From Heterodontus francisci (taxonomy: Eukaryota): 64,000 bases of DNA. The notes beneath the pieces were generated by a model, which saw nothing but the letters and a program-made list of their open reading frames with translations, did no database searches and had not been told where the DNA came from. Both the position numbers and the translations under genes were made by a program. Shown here piece by piece: positions 47,978-60,514 of the stretch (the first letter of the stretch is position 1; each line of letters opens with the position of its first letter). The stretch is taken from positions 38,636,437 through 38,700,436 of the forward strand of contig NC_090409.1 of the NCBI RefSeq assembly GCF_036365525.1, in the 5' to 3' direction.

Positions 47978-49989
47978 ATGACTTCTCAGTCCTCTCCGGT
48001 GGCGGGGCCCTCCTCTGCTGCAGCAGCTGCGACAGCTGCTCCTGTGGCCCCGTCACCATTTAAAATCTTAACATCAAAGCATGGGGTGAAGAGTTACACC
48101 CATCCTAATATGACTATTGAGGCTTGTGTTAAGGCAATGGCCGTGGTTGTCGGCCCCTCGGCCATTGTTGCAGCCTCAAAGATGGATGGGAAGGCTGTGT
48201 TCTTCCTGAAGACCGAGCGGGCTGTGTCCCTCGCCCTAAGTACGGGGCTCACAGTGGGTGGGATTTTCCTGCCAGTGGACCCTCTGGGGGCCACTGCACA
48301 TCGGGTAATCTTGTCGAACGTCCCACCCTTCATTCCTGATGAGCTCCTCCTCCCCCACCAACACCTTCTGGGGGAGGTGAGGTCAGGGATCACCCCAGTC
48401 CCGCTCGGTCTTCGGGAGCACAGCCTCCGACATGTCTACTCCTTCTGTCGCCAGCTATTCATGCAGCTGGCGCAGGAGGGGGTCTTGGAGGGCCACTTCG
48501 GTATAGAGTTTCAGGGGACGGCCTACCGCGACTTCTGGACCTCGGATGGAGCGCGGTGCCACGTCTGCAAGGGGGTGGGGCATGTTCGTAAGAATTGCCC
48601 CAACCTCCCGGCCGCCAGCTCCACCTCGGCGGCCCAGAATGGTTCCACAGCACCTCCTCCCACTCCCCAACACATCCAATAAACACCGCTCAGTCGGTTC
48701 CGGAGGCTGTGGTTTTCACAGCCTCCAGCGGGGAGGGGAGCGTCTGTCCGAGCGGAAGGAAGACGCGGGGAAAAAAGAAACATCATGAGGCGCGTCCCCT
48801 GGACACTTTGACTCAACCCAAGCCTGAGCTCAGCCCAAAGCCCATTCCCATGGAATCCACCTGTCCCAGGGCTGGGCTCAGGCCCAGGGGGACTAAAAAG
48901 GAAAAAAAGGGTGCGGAGGCTTCTGATGACATGGAGGTCTCTGAGTCTCCGCGCCCAAGTGCGAAAAAGAGGAGAAGGCACCCCTCCACAGAAATAACAC
49001 AGGGCCCTGAGGTGCAGGGCCCATCTGTTGGAGGGGAGCTGCCTCCTGTTTCTGGTCCTCAGGTACCCCCTACCGCCACCACCAAGGCTACAAAGTCCGG
49101 GCAGGTGCTCCCTATTCCTCAGGATGGAGGGGAGGGGATGGCCCCGGTACATGAGGCCCCTCCTGAAGGAGTAAGTGGGGCCCTGCTTGTGGTGGGGGAG
49201 CCTGGGGAAGCCGCCCATTCTGCCACTGCTACTGGGTCGGGTGTCCTGAATGAAGGGGAGGGCGAGGACCCAGAGGGTCGGGCCTCCCAGCCGGAGTCCA
49301 CCACCAACCAGGAGACACCCGACCCAGTTATAACTGAGAATGCTGCCCCATCTGCTGGGCCTGTGGGTGCTGGCGGAGCGGGAGATAGCCTCCTCCCTCC
49401 GCCTCCAGTCTCGGCTGCGGCTGGTTTCCCGGAGTCGGGAACTTCTGTCTCCCCTGGACCACTCATTGCCCTGGGGACGGAGGTGGAGGGGGGTCCTGAA
49501 CCGCTGGTGCCTACAGGCTCCAGTTTCACAATAGAACCCAGAGATCCTGGGGGTGGGATCGTGACGGAGGCGGGACCAGCTGGCGCGGCCGGGACGTCCG
49601 CCCCACAGTGTGTGGTGGATGTGTCGGCCGCTGGCGGTGACGACCCGGAGGAGGATGGGGATTCGGTGCGGGGCACGGAGGATGATCTTGATTCCATCGC
49701 CAGTGAGGTGGTGGAGTCCCTCGTGCCTCCCACCGAATCTCCTCTCATCCCCACGGCGGAACTCCAGGATTTCCTCGCGGCTTGCAGAGGTTGCCGCAAT
49801 AAAGTTCAGCTGGCCCTCGACCGTTGGTCAAATCTGGCGCTGATCATACAGTCCGTCCGTGCCGCCCTTAAGATAGCGGGCAAGCGCGCGGACGTGAAAC
49901 TGGTTGAGAGGTGCCGTTTTAATGTGTTCCTCAATGGGTTGCTGGGGGAGTGGAGGGCCAGGTGCACTTCCACTCCCTCCTCAGAGTGA
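47978..49989 (+). pseudogene. Tx1 ORF1 (gag-like, CCHC knuckle), one frameshift near 48665
   Basis: ORFs 47978-48682 and 48595-49989; CHVCKGVGHVRKNC; Pro/Glu/Gly-rich C-terminal half. Confidence 0.88.
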
Positions 49990-50021
49990 GGTGTTTGTGA
50001 CGGGTTTTAATTACCTTTGAC

Positions 50022-53000
50022 ATGAAGATAACCATAGCCAGCCTCAACATCAACGGCAACAGAGGGGCTCACCGCAGATTTCACAAGCTCTCAGTCCTTA
50101 GGGAAGGGAGATACGCGGTGAGCTTTCTGCAGGAAACCCACACCGTTCCGGGAGACGAAGCCACCTGGCTCCTGGAGTGGCAGGGTGGGGTCTACATGAG
50201 TCACCTCACCCCTATTTCTAGTGGGGTGGCTATCTTGTTGGTCCCGACCTTTCAGCCGGAGATCTTGGGGGTCAAGGAGCTAGTGCCGGGCCGCTTGCTC
50301 CACCTCGCCGTTCGCCTGGGTAGCGTGCCGCTCCACTTTGTGAACGTGTACGCGCCCAGGCCCGGCGCGTTGCAAGCGCGCTTCTTTGAAGAAGTGTCCG
50401 CTCTCTTGAGCTCCATCGATAGCGGCGAGTGCATCATCCTCGGGGGGGATTTTAACTGCACCCTCGAGGTGGGGGATCGCTCCGGTCCCCAGCGCAGCCA
50501 AGCGTCGGTGGAGAAGTTGAGGGGACTGATCAGCTCCCTGAACTTGGTGGACGTCTGGCGGAATCTCCATCCCGACTCCAGCGCCTTCACGTGGAGGTCT
50601 GGAGGAGGGGGGTTGCGAATCGACCGCCTCTACATTTCGCAGGCGTACGTCTCCCGCGTTTCGGCAGCCTCCATGCGGCTGGTGCCGTGCTCGGACCACC
50701 GCCTGGTGTGGGCGGAGTTTACTCCGCTCCGCACGCGGGCGGGGTCCGCGTACTGGCACTTTAACAACCGGCTGCTGGAGGACGTGCGATTTCGGGACTC
50801 GTTCTGTCGATTCTGGGCCGACTGGAGAAGGAAGCAGGGGGGCTTCCCCTCCTTGAGGCCATGGTGGGATGTGGGCAAGACTCACATCCGCGTCTTCTGT
50901 CAGGAGTACGCGAAGGGGTCGGCCAAGAGGCGGGAAGCCGAGATCGGGCGCCTTGAGAGGGATGTGCTCGACTTGGAATCCCGCCTCGGTCATGCCGTCG
51001 TGGACCCGGCTCTGTGGCAGGCGTACAAAGAGAAGAAGGGCGCGCTGAGGGACCTGCAGCTCATAGGGTCCCGAGGCGCGTACGTGAGGTCGCGGATCCA
51101 GATCCTGGAAGATTTGGACCGTGCCTCACCCTTCTTCTACTCACTGGAAAAATGGCGGGGGGTCCGTAAGCAGCTCATCGAGCTGCTGGCCAACGACGGA
51201 TCCTCCATCACGGATCCGGAGGGAATGGGCCTCCTGGTCCGGACTTATTTCAGTGCGTTGTTCTCTCCGGATCCGTCCAGCGAGGATGCGCGCAGAGTTT
51301 TGTGGGAGGACCTGCCGCAGGTCAGCCCGGAGGGCGCCGAAGGATTGGAGGCTCCGCTCACGTTGGCGGAGCTGACTGGCGCCCTCCACCAGCTCTCGAG
51401 GGGCAAATCCCCAGGGCTGGATGGGTTGACTGTGGAGTTCCTCAGGGCGTTCTGGGACGTCCTGGGGGACGATTACGCGCGGGTCCTGGGGGAAAGCCTG
51501 GCGACCGGGGAGATGCCCCTCTCGTGGCGCAGGGCGGTCATCGTCCTGCTGCCGGAGAGGGGCGATCTCCGCCTGCTTAAAAACTGGCGTCCGGTCTCCC
51601 TCCTCAGCACGGATTATAAGATCTTTGCCCGGGCTATGTCGACCCGCCTGTGCTCTGTGCTGGCCCACATGATCCACCCCGACCAGTCCTACGCGGTCCC
51701 GGGCCGGTCCATCCAGGACAACATCCACCTGGTCCGGGACCTGATCCATCTTTCCCAGAGGACTGGTCAGTCGATCGCCTTTCTCTCCCTCGATCAGGAG
51801 AAGGCGTTCGACAGGGTGGATCACGATTACCTTTTCGAGACTCTGCGCGCTTTCGGACTCGGGCCGCATTTTGTGGCCCGGGTTCGACTTTTATATGCCG
51901 CCGCAGAGTGTCTAGTCAATGTTAACGGGTCCTTGACGGCGCCCCTTCGATTTGGGAGAGGAGTGCGTCAGGGGTGCCCCATGTCCGGCCAATTGTATAC
52001 CATCTGCGTGGAGCCCTTCCTGTGCCTGCTCCGCAGGGGGTTGACGGGATTGGCTCTGCGCGAGCCGGCCATGCGGGTCGTCCTCTCGGCTTACGCCGAC
52101 GACGTGCTCCTCGCAATCACAGATCCCGTTGACTTGCGGAGGATGCGCGACTGCCAGCAGACCTTTTCTGCCGCGTCCTCCGCGAGGATCAATTGGGAGA
52201 ATTGTTCCGGACTCCTGGTTGGTCAGTGGCGGGTGGACTCCCTGCCGGAGGAGATGACACCTTTTGCGTGGAGCACCACGCACCTCCTCTATCTGGGAGT
52301 CCACCTTAGCCCCGCTGAGGAAGCCTGGCCGGCAAACTGGCAGGAGTTGGAGGCGAAAGTCACCGCTCGGCTGGGGCGCTGGACAGGACTGCTCCGAGTG
52401 CTTTCCAACAGGGGCCGAGCGTTGGTCATAAACCAACTGGTGGCCTCCATGCTGTGGTACCGGTTGGTCACTTTGGACCCGCCCCCTGTATTTGCCACCA
52501 AGATCCAGAAGAAACTCGTCGATTTCTTCTGGGGCAAGAGGAAACACTGGGTCTCTGCCGCGGTCCTGAGTCTCCCGATCGAGGAGAGCGGTCAGTCGCT
52601 GGTGTGCGTCCGCACCCAAGCTGCGACTCTCCTCCTTCGGACCCTGCAGAGATACCTGTACGTCGAGCGTCCTCCCAGATGGTGTGCGCTGGCGACGTAT
52701 TTTTTCCGCCAGTGTCACTGCCTTCAAGCTCCCGGTGGAGTCCGTTAGCCACGCCTCTCTGAGGGAGTTGCCTGTTTTTTACCGGGATCTATTCCGAGTC
52801 TGGAACATGGTCGCCTCCAGTCAGGGCGCTCCCCCGCCGGCGGAGGTGAGCGCCTCGGCTGTCCGGGCGGCCGACTCCGGGGACGGTCCGGCGGGCGGAG
52901 GAGTAGCCGAAACCCCCGGGACGCCCCTCACTGCGGGTGGCGAGGGGGCTCGGGAGTGCTGAGCGATCCCAGCGGAGCTGACCCCCGCTCAGCCGGAACT

Positions 53001-53750
53001 GATCATCGGACCCAGGCCCCGAAACCCTCCTCGGGAGCCGGTCCCGCACAACTCGAACTGCCTCTCGGAAATGCCCTCCGTGCCATTCCAATCGGCGCGG
53101 AGGGGTTTCCTGTACGGGCTGCTCCTGCACACTCTCCACTTCCTCACCTCGGCAGCCAGCCGGACACGCCCTGGCGGTCCGCGTTGCCATCTGGCGGCGA
53201 GGGGAAACCCCGATGGAGGTCTCTCTACGCGGGAGTCTTCCCCCTTTACATTGGGGACCTGGGGTGGAGGGTGCTGCACAGAGCAGTCCCGTGCAATAGG
53301 CTTTTAAGTAGGTTCACGGACTCCCAGGCCAGCTGTACTTTCTGCGGCCTGGACGAGTCCGTGTTCCACGTTTATACGGAGTGTGCGAGGTTGCAGCCCC
53401 TCTTTGAGTATCTGAAGGGGCTGCTCCTCAAATTCTGGCTGCACTTCAGTCCCACGCTCCTGATCTTTGGGCACCCGGTTGCGGAGGGGCTTGGGCCGGG
53501 AGGAGGATCTCCTCGTCGGTCTGCTCCTGGGCCTGGCCAAGGTGGCAATTCACAGGTCCAGGCTGCGGGCCGTCGGGGGGGTCCGTCCTCCCCGTTTGCC
53601 TGCCCCTCTTCCGCGGTTACTTTCACGCCCGGGTGTCCCTGGAGAAGGAGCATGCGGTGTCCGCCAGTACGCTTGAGGCCTTCCGCGACCGGTGGGCACC
53701 GCAGGGACTGGAGTGCATCGTCGACGCCGAGAATGGCATTTTAATTTGAG
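50022..53750 (+). pseudogene. Tx1 ORF2 (APE endonuclease, RT, zf-RVT); open for 908 aa, disrupted after ~52720
   Basis: SLNING, LQETH, GGDFN, RIDR, SDH; KNWRPVSLL, DQEKAFD, GVRQGCP, YADD; CTFCGLDESVFHVYTEC. Confidence 0.93.
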
Positions 53751-54164
53751 TTTTTTGTTTATTTATCTGGTTTTAATAAAGTTATTTTAAAACTGTAAAT
53801 ATGTACATAAAGGGGGCCTGAGGAATAAGGCCCAGGACAGGATAGGTGGAGAATATTTTGCACTGATATTAAAGGGCTGTTTTCCTGTCGGTTAAACACA
53901 GACCCATTACCAGCCTCAGATCTGTGACAGTGGAACTGAAACCAATGCTGTTCAGGTGACAGAATGACGTCGGAATTGCAACTTCTGGTGGCTTGGAATG
54001 GACAGGAAGTGGAACTGTCGGTCACGGGTGTCGGTAGAAAAGGAAGATCTTCTCTTTTCCAGACCCGCTGTGTCGCTTGTATTCTTTGATCAAAGCTGTA
54101 CTCCGAAAACCAGGAGACAAAGTGTGATCGAGGCTGAACAGTGAACAGAGCAGTGAAGCATTTC

Positions 54165-54746
54165 ACTAGCGCCTTTGGATGTCCCAAAGTGCCTCACGGC
54201 CAACGAAATTCTTTTTTAGAAGTGTGGTGACTGTAATATCGGAAACACGGCAGTCAATTTTTACACAGCAAGATCCCGCAACCAGCTGTGTGATAATGAC
54301 CCAGATCGTCTGTTTTTTTTTCCAGTGATGTTGGTTGAGGGATAAATATTGTCCCCAGGACACCGGGGAGAACTCCCCCGCCCCGCTCTTCTTCCAAATA
54401 GTGGCCGTGGGATCTTTTACACCCACCTGAGAGGGCAGACGGGGGCCTCGGTTTAATGTCTCATCTGAAAGGCGGCACCTCCGACAGTGCAGCACTCCCT
54501 CAGTACTGAGCGTCTGACAGTGCAGCACTCCCTCAGTACTGACCCCCCTCCGACAGTGCGGCACTCCCTCAGTACTGAGCGTCTGACAGTGCAGCACTCC
54601 CTCAGTACTGACCCCCCTCCGACAGTGCAGCACTCCCTCAGTACTGACCCTCCGACAGTGCAGCACTCCCTCAGTACTGACCCTCTGACAGTGCGGCACT
54701 CCCTCAGTACTGACCCTCTGACAGTGCGGCACTCCCTCAGTACTGA
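54165..54746 (-). mobile_element. Deu-domain SINE body with ~8 33-bp units; head displaced by the adjacent LINE
   Basis: Array 54480-54746; body 54165-54480; head remnant near 55725-55795. Confidence 0.83.
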
Positions 54747-54751
54747 CAGTC

Positions 54752-55722
54752 CAAGGCCCAACCATCTTCAGCTGCTTCAACAATGACCTTCCTTCAATCA
54801 TAATGTCGGAAGTGGGGATGTTCACTGATGATTGCACAATGTTCAGCACCATTCGCGACTCGTCAGATACTGAAGCAGTCCGTGTAGAAATGCAGCAAGA
54901 CCTGGACAATATCCAGGCTTGGGCTGGTAAGTGGCAAGTAACATTCGCGCCACACAAGTGCCAGGCAATGACCACCTCCAACAAGAGAGAATCTAACCAT
55001 CTCCCCTTGACATTCAATGGCATTACCATCACTGAATCCCCCACTATCAACATCCTAGGGGCTACCATTGACCAGAAACTGAACTGGAGTAGCCATATAA
55101 ATACAGTGGCTGCAAGAGCAGATAAGAGGCTAGGAATCCTGCAGCGAGTAACTCACCTCCTGACTCCCCAAAGCCTGTCCACCATCTACAAGGCACAAGT
55201 CAGGAGTGTGATGGAATACTCTCCACTTGCCTGGATGGGTGCAGCTCCAACAACACTCAAGAAACTCAACACCATCCAGGACAAAGCAGCCCGCTTGATT
55301 GGCACCCCATCTACAAACATTCACTCCCTCCACCACTGACGCACAGTGGCAGCAGTGTGTACCATCTACAAGATGCACTGCAGCAACTCACCGAGGTTCC
55401 TTTTGACAACACCTTCCAAACCCGCGACCTCTACCACCTAGAAGGACAAGGGCAGCAGATGCATGGGAACACCACCACCTGCAAGTTCCCCTCCAAGTCA
55501 CACACCATCCTGACTTGGAACTATATCACCGTTCCTTCACTGTCGCTGGGTCAAAATCCTGGAACTCCCTTCCTAACAGCACTGTGGGTGTACCTACCCC
55601 ACATGGACTGCAGTGGTTCAAGAAGGCAGCTCACCACCACCTTCTCAAGGGCAATTAGGGATGGGCAATAAAATGCTGGCCTGGCCAGCGACGCCCACAT
55701 CCCATAAATGAGTATTTAAAAA
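54752..55722 (+). mobile_element. Non-LTR retrotransposon 3' part (IYKAQVRS family)
   Basis: ORF 54803-55339; conserved 3' end. Confidence 0.9.
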
Positions 55723-56039
55723 ATGTCAGCCTGGATTATGGATCTGTGGAGTCCAGATTTGACCCCACATGCTTGTGACTCAGAGGCGAGAGTGTCCAAA
55801 ACCCACTGATAACGCAACGGGTCGTGAGCAGAATAGTTACTGATGAAGAAATCAGATTAGAGTCGCAGGAATAAATCTGGCAGATTCTGTTGACAACAGA
55901 GACATGTCAGAATTTAGCAACATGCCTTTGTTCATCGAATGACCCTGAGCAGTAAACGAATACAGACACGTCTCTGAGAAGGGAGCCATTCATCCAGCTT
56001 ATCTGCACTGTGAGCCCTGTACTGGAAAGACAGAACGAG

Positions 56040-56590
56040 AGGGGGAGAGAGAGAACTTAGAACCGTGAGCTGAGGAGGTCCCAAAGCCCCTCACAGCCAA
56101 TGAAGGACTTCTTTCTGAAGTGTGGTCACGGTTTTAATGCAGGAAACGCGGCAGTCAATTTGCGCACAGCAAGATCCCACAAACAGCAATGTGACAATGA
56201 CCCAGATCATGCTTTTTAAATTGAAATAAAAACAGAAAGTGCTGGAAACACTCAGCAGGTCAGGTCCAGCAGCATCTGCGGAGAGAGAAGCAGAGTTGAC
56301 ACTTCAGCTCTGCGGCTCTTTGAAAGATCTATCCAATTAGTCCCCACTCTCCCCCCTCATGATTTTGAACGCCTCGATTAAATCTCCCCCTTAGCCTTCT
56401 CTGCTCTAAGGAGAACAATCCCAGATTCTCCCAGTCTCTCCGCATTAACTGAAGTCTCTCATCCCTGGGACCATTCCAGTAAATCTCCCTCCGCACCCTC
56501 TCCAAATCCTTTCCGCTCTTCCTAACGTGGTGCCCAGAATTGGACGCAAGTGGGACCTGCCCAGTTTTTGTCCTCTGTTTATAAAGCCCA
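56040..56590 (-). mobile_element. Mosaic of Deu-SINE tail, Penelope terminal fragment and CR1 fragment
   Basis: GCACAGCAAGATCCCACAAAC; GCTGGAAACACTCAGCAGGTC; ORF 56329-56613 LGLFSLEQRR. Confidence 0.7.
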
Positions 56591-57239
56591 AGATACCAAG
56601 TTGAAGTAACCAAACATTTGAAGGAACTGGCTGAAATGTGAATGGCATTGAAGGCCTACTTAGGCCCCAGCCAATCCTGGGACTAAATTTCTCAGCAAGC
56701 CCAGTGAGAGGCTTCCCCTCCTGGGGGCTCTTCCATTCAATTTTTTTCCCCCTTCTCTTTCTGATTTGGAACCACAGGAAGGCAACCGATTCGAAGTAAA
56801 GACTCCAAAAAAGGACTGGAAAGTCCCTTTTAGTCATCCCCACAGTGAAAAAAATCAAGACATTTCAGTTGTGATCTGAGGGCCACACAAAGGCCAGTTC
56901 TGACGACAGCTCTCCACCTGGAGCACTTTTATAACCTGCTCATGTGCAGGCCAGACTTCGAATGGTGGACTATTACAGCACCGAGGAGACCTTTCTGCCC
57001 ATCAGGTCAGTACTAGCTCTCTGAAAGTGCTCCCTGTTCGGCACCTTACTGTACATTTCAGGTGTTTAACCATTAACCTACACATGGGATCTTCTGGACT
57101 GGTTTTGATTGTCCGAAGGGGTTGGAAAGCAATTTTCCCTTCGAGACCCTTCCAGGAGATTAGATGTCTGAGGAGGATTAGGAAATGTCTGGATAAGATG
57201 TGCTCAGCAATCGTAAGACTGATCTTTCCCTGCCTGTTA

Positions 57240-57632
57240 TTTGCGATAACAACAATTTGCATTTATATAGGGCCTGTAGTTTAGCAGAACGCTCAGTCAA
57301 AATTTGACCCCGAGCCACACGAGGAGATATCAGGGACGGGCGACCAAAAGCTCGGTCAAAGAGGTCGGCTTTTACGGAGCGTCTTAAAGGAGGAGAGAGA
57401 GAGAGGCGGAGAGGTTCAGGGAGGGGATTCCAGAGCTTGGGCCCCAGGCAGCTGAAGGCACGGCTGCCGAGGGTGGAGCGATGGGAATCGGGGGGGGATG
57501 GGCGAGAGGCCGGAATTGGAGGAGGGCAGAGATCTCGGAGGGTTGTCGGGGCTGGAGGAGGTGACAGAGATAGGGACTGGTGTAGGGAGAGGGGTGGGGG
57601 GTGCAACGAGGCCCTGGAGGGATTTGAAAACA
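57240..57632 (-). mobile_element. L2 LINE 3' fragment
   Basis: GSRAFSCLGPKLWNPLP in ORF 57178-57606. Confidence 0.8.
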
Positions 57633-57689
57633 GTGGCCAAAGACTTCTTCCTATGTTCGCGATGAAATCAGCTTGAGGTCACAGTCATT

Positions 57690-58385
57690 ACGGAACAGGA
57701 GGGGGACCACTCGGCCCATCGGGTCCATGCTAGCTCTCTGTGGAGCACTCCAGTCAGTCTCACGCCCCCGCTCCATCCCCGTTACCCTGCAGGTTTATTC
57801 CCCTCAACCTCCCATCCAGTTCCCTTTTGAAATCATTGATATTCTCCGCTTCCCCCACCCTCGTGGGCAGCGAGTTCCAGGTCACTACCACTCGCTGTGT
57901 AAAAAAAACGTTCCTTGTACCATCAGCGAATAGGAACAGCTTTCCTTTGTCCACCCTAATCTTGTACGTCCCAATCAGATCTCCCCTCAATCTCCTTTTC
58001 CCCCAAGGAGAAACTCCTTCGTGGGACGTGGGCGTCACTGGCCAGGCCAGTATTTAATGCCCATCCCGAATTGCCCTTGAACCGAGAGTCTTGCTCGGCC
58101 ATTTCAGGGGGCAGTTCAGAGTCACCCACAATGCTGTGGGTCTGGAGTCACATGTAGGCCAGACCAGGTAAGGACGGCAGATTTCCTTCCCAGAAGGGCG
58201 TTGGCGAACCAGATGGGTCTTTTCACGACAATCGATGACCGCTATCAATCCCAGATTTTTATTCATTATTGAACTGAATCTAAATTCCAGGAGTTGCCGT
58301 GGTGGGATTTGAACCCGTGCCCTCAAGGCATTAGCCTGGGCCTATGGATTAGTAGTCCAGTGACATGACCACTACGCCACTATCT
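57690..58385 (-). mobile_element. CR1 3' fragment (57690-58010) and tRNA-derived SINE (58020-58385)
   Basis: FFTQRVVVTWNSLP; minus-strand TGGCGTAGTGG A-box and GGTTCAAATCC B-box. Confidence 0.8.
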
Positions 58386-58689
58386 CCCCCGTCTCCCTTT
58401 TATTCATTTTCACTTCCCTTTCCTGCAGCTGACTGCCAGTTTAACAAGTTACAGTGATTCATTCTTTGACGAGAGTCTAAAGAAATGTCTCAGTGTGGGT
58501 TGACGTCTCGCGCTCTCTCTCTCTCTCTCTCTCTCTCAGTCTTCCGCCTCCTCCTTCCACACGTGACAGAGTGTGTTTTCACATGTCAAGGCAACAGCAA
58601 AGGACGAGAGGTTTCACTTCCTCGCCATGCAGAAACTGTGATGTAAACACAGACTGAATTCACTGCCAGGGATATAGACAGACACTAGA

Positions 58690-59190
58690 GCGCAAGAACT
58701 TCGGAAACAGGGGCAGGGGGAGGCCATTCGGCCCCTCGAGCCTGCTACCCCATTCAATAAGATCATGGCTGATCATCTATCTCAACTCCACTTTCCTGCC
58801 CTATCCCTCGATCTCCCTCAGCGCCCAGAAATCTCTCGATCTCGGTCTTGAATATGCTCAACAACTGAGCATCCACAGCTCTCTGGGGTAGAGAATTCCA
58901 GAGATTCACAACCCTCTGAGTGAAGACATTCCTCCCCATCTCAATCCCCAATGGCCGACCCCTTAACCTGAGACTGGGACCCCCCCCCCGCCCCCAGTTC
59001 TGGACTCTCTAGTCGGAGGGGAAACAGCCTCTCAACATCTACCCTGTCAATACCTCTGAGAATTTTATACATTTCAATGAGATCACCTCTCATTCTTCTA
59101 AACTCCAGACAATATAGGCCCAATCTATTCAGTCTCTCCTCATAGGACAACCCCCTCATCCCAGGAATCAGTCCAGTGAACCTTTATTGA
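58690..59190 (-). mobile_element. CR1 3' fragment
   Basis: ORFs 58941-59159 and 58763-58951. Confidence 0.85.
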
Positions 59191-59861
59191 ACCCTGCCTC
59201 AGAATAATACAGCATGGAAGGAGGAATATGGAGATAGAGCAGGACAGCGAGGTTAAGTTGGAAGATCAGCCATGGTCTTACTGAATGGCGGGACTGAATA
59301 GCCTCCTCCTGTCCCGAACAGGCATCTCAGCCTCGATACCCCACTCTGTCTCTCCCTCTCTCTATTTCTCAATCATTTCCTTCTGAGATTCCCCTCCAGT
59401 CTCACTGTCTTGTATAGAAACTCGTCCGCCCACAACTAGCGAGATAGTTTCAAGCGGCACTTCCTGTGGCATGTAAACTGTGGAATGTGGCATGGTTCAA
59501 AAATAAGGAGAGAGTGTGACGTTTGGAAATGGAAACCCACACTGAGAGCTGGTTACATCACCCTAACCACCACCACACAGGATAAATCCTCCTTCAGATA
59601 AATGTAAAGCCACTGCTACTGTTTGCATCAGCTGAGTGACAGTCTACTTCCGAAAAAGCTTTCTGCTCAGAGGCCCACATTTACATTGGCTGCTTTTATT
59701 CATATACAAATGCTGGGCTACGGGTTCCATCGAGTGAAAAGAAACCATCAACGCATGAATGAATGAACCTGCATTTAGATAGCACCTTTCACAAGTTCAG
59801 GGAAGCCCAAAGGTTTTACAGGCACTTTTGAAGTGTAGTCTCTACTGTAATGTTGGAAATT

Positions 59862-60514
59862 TTCCCATCCAAGACCATCCTTCCAGTCTCCTAACTCTTC
59901 CATCGAAGACCATCCCTCCAGTCCCCTAACTCTCCCATCGAAGACCATCCCTCCAGTCTCCTAACTCTCCCATCGAAGACCATCCCTCCAGTCCCCTGAC
60001 TCTCCCATCGAAGGCCATCCCTCCAGTCTCCTAACTCTCCCATCGAAGACCATCCCTCCAGTCCCCTGACTCTCCCATCGAAGACCATCCCTCTAGTCCC
60101 CTGACTCTCCCATCGAAGACCATCCCTCTAGTCCCCTAACTCTCCCATCGAAGACCATCCCTCCAGTCCCCGAACTCTCCCATCGAAGACCATCCCTCAA
60201 GTCCCCTAACTCTCCCATCAAAGACCATCCCTCTAGTCCCCTGACTCTCCCATCGAAGACCATCCCTCTAGTCCCCTAACTCTCCCATCGAAGACCATCC
60301 CTCTAGTCCCCTCATTCTCCCATCGAAGACCATCCCTCTAGTCCCCTAACTCTCCCATCAAAGACCATCCCTCCAGTCCCCTAACTCTCTCATCGAAGAT
60401 CATCCCTCTAGTCCCCTAACTCTCCCATCGAAGACCATCCCTCCAGTCCCCTGACTCTCCCATCGAAGACCATCCCTCTAGTCCTCTAACTCTCCCATCG
60501 AAGACCATCCCTCT
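59862..60514. repeat. 35-bp minisatellite (~18 units)
   Basis: Unit CTCTCCCATCGAAGACCATCCCTC(C/T)AGTCCCCTAA. Confidence 0.95.

Larger units (their letters stand above)
47350..53840 (+). mobile_element. Near full-length Tx1-clade LINE (~6.5 kb)
   Basis: ~630-bp 5' UTR, ORF1, ORF2 and a short 3' UTR with AATAAA and a GGGCCT/AGGCCC hairpin. Confidence 0.93.

Noticed and set aside
51141-52727. Long antisense ORFs inside Tx1 ORF2
   Set aside because: Expected shadow ORFs of GC-rich coding sequence
58429-58457. Possible alternative last exon after TTTCCTGCAG (would add SDCQFNKLQ-stop, a secreted form)
   Set aside because: Only an acceptor-like motif 20 kb from the IgC exon; no other support
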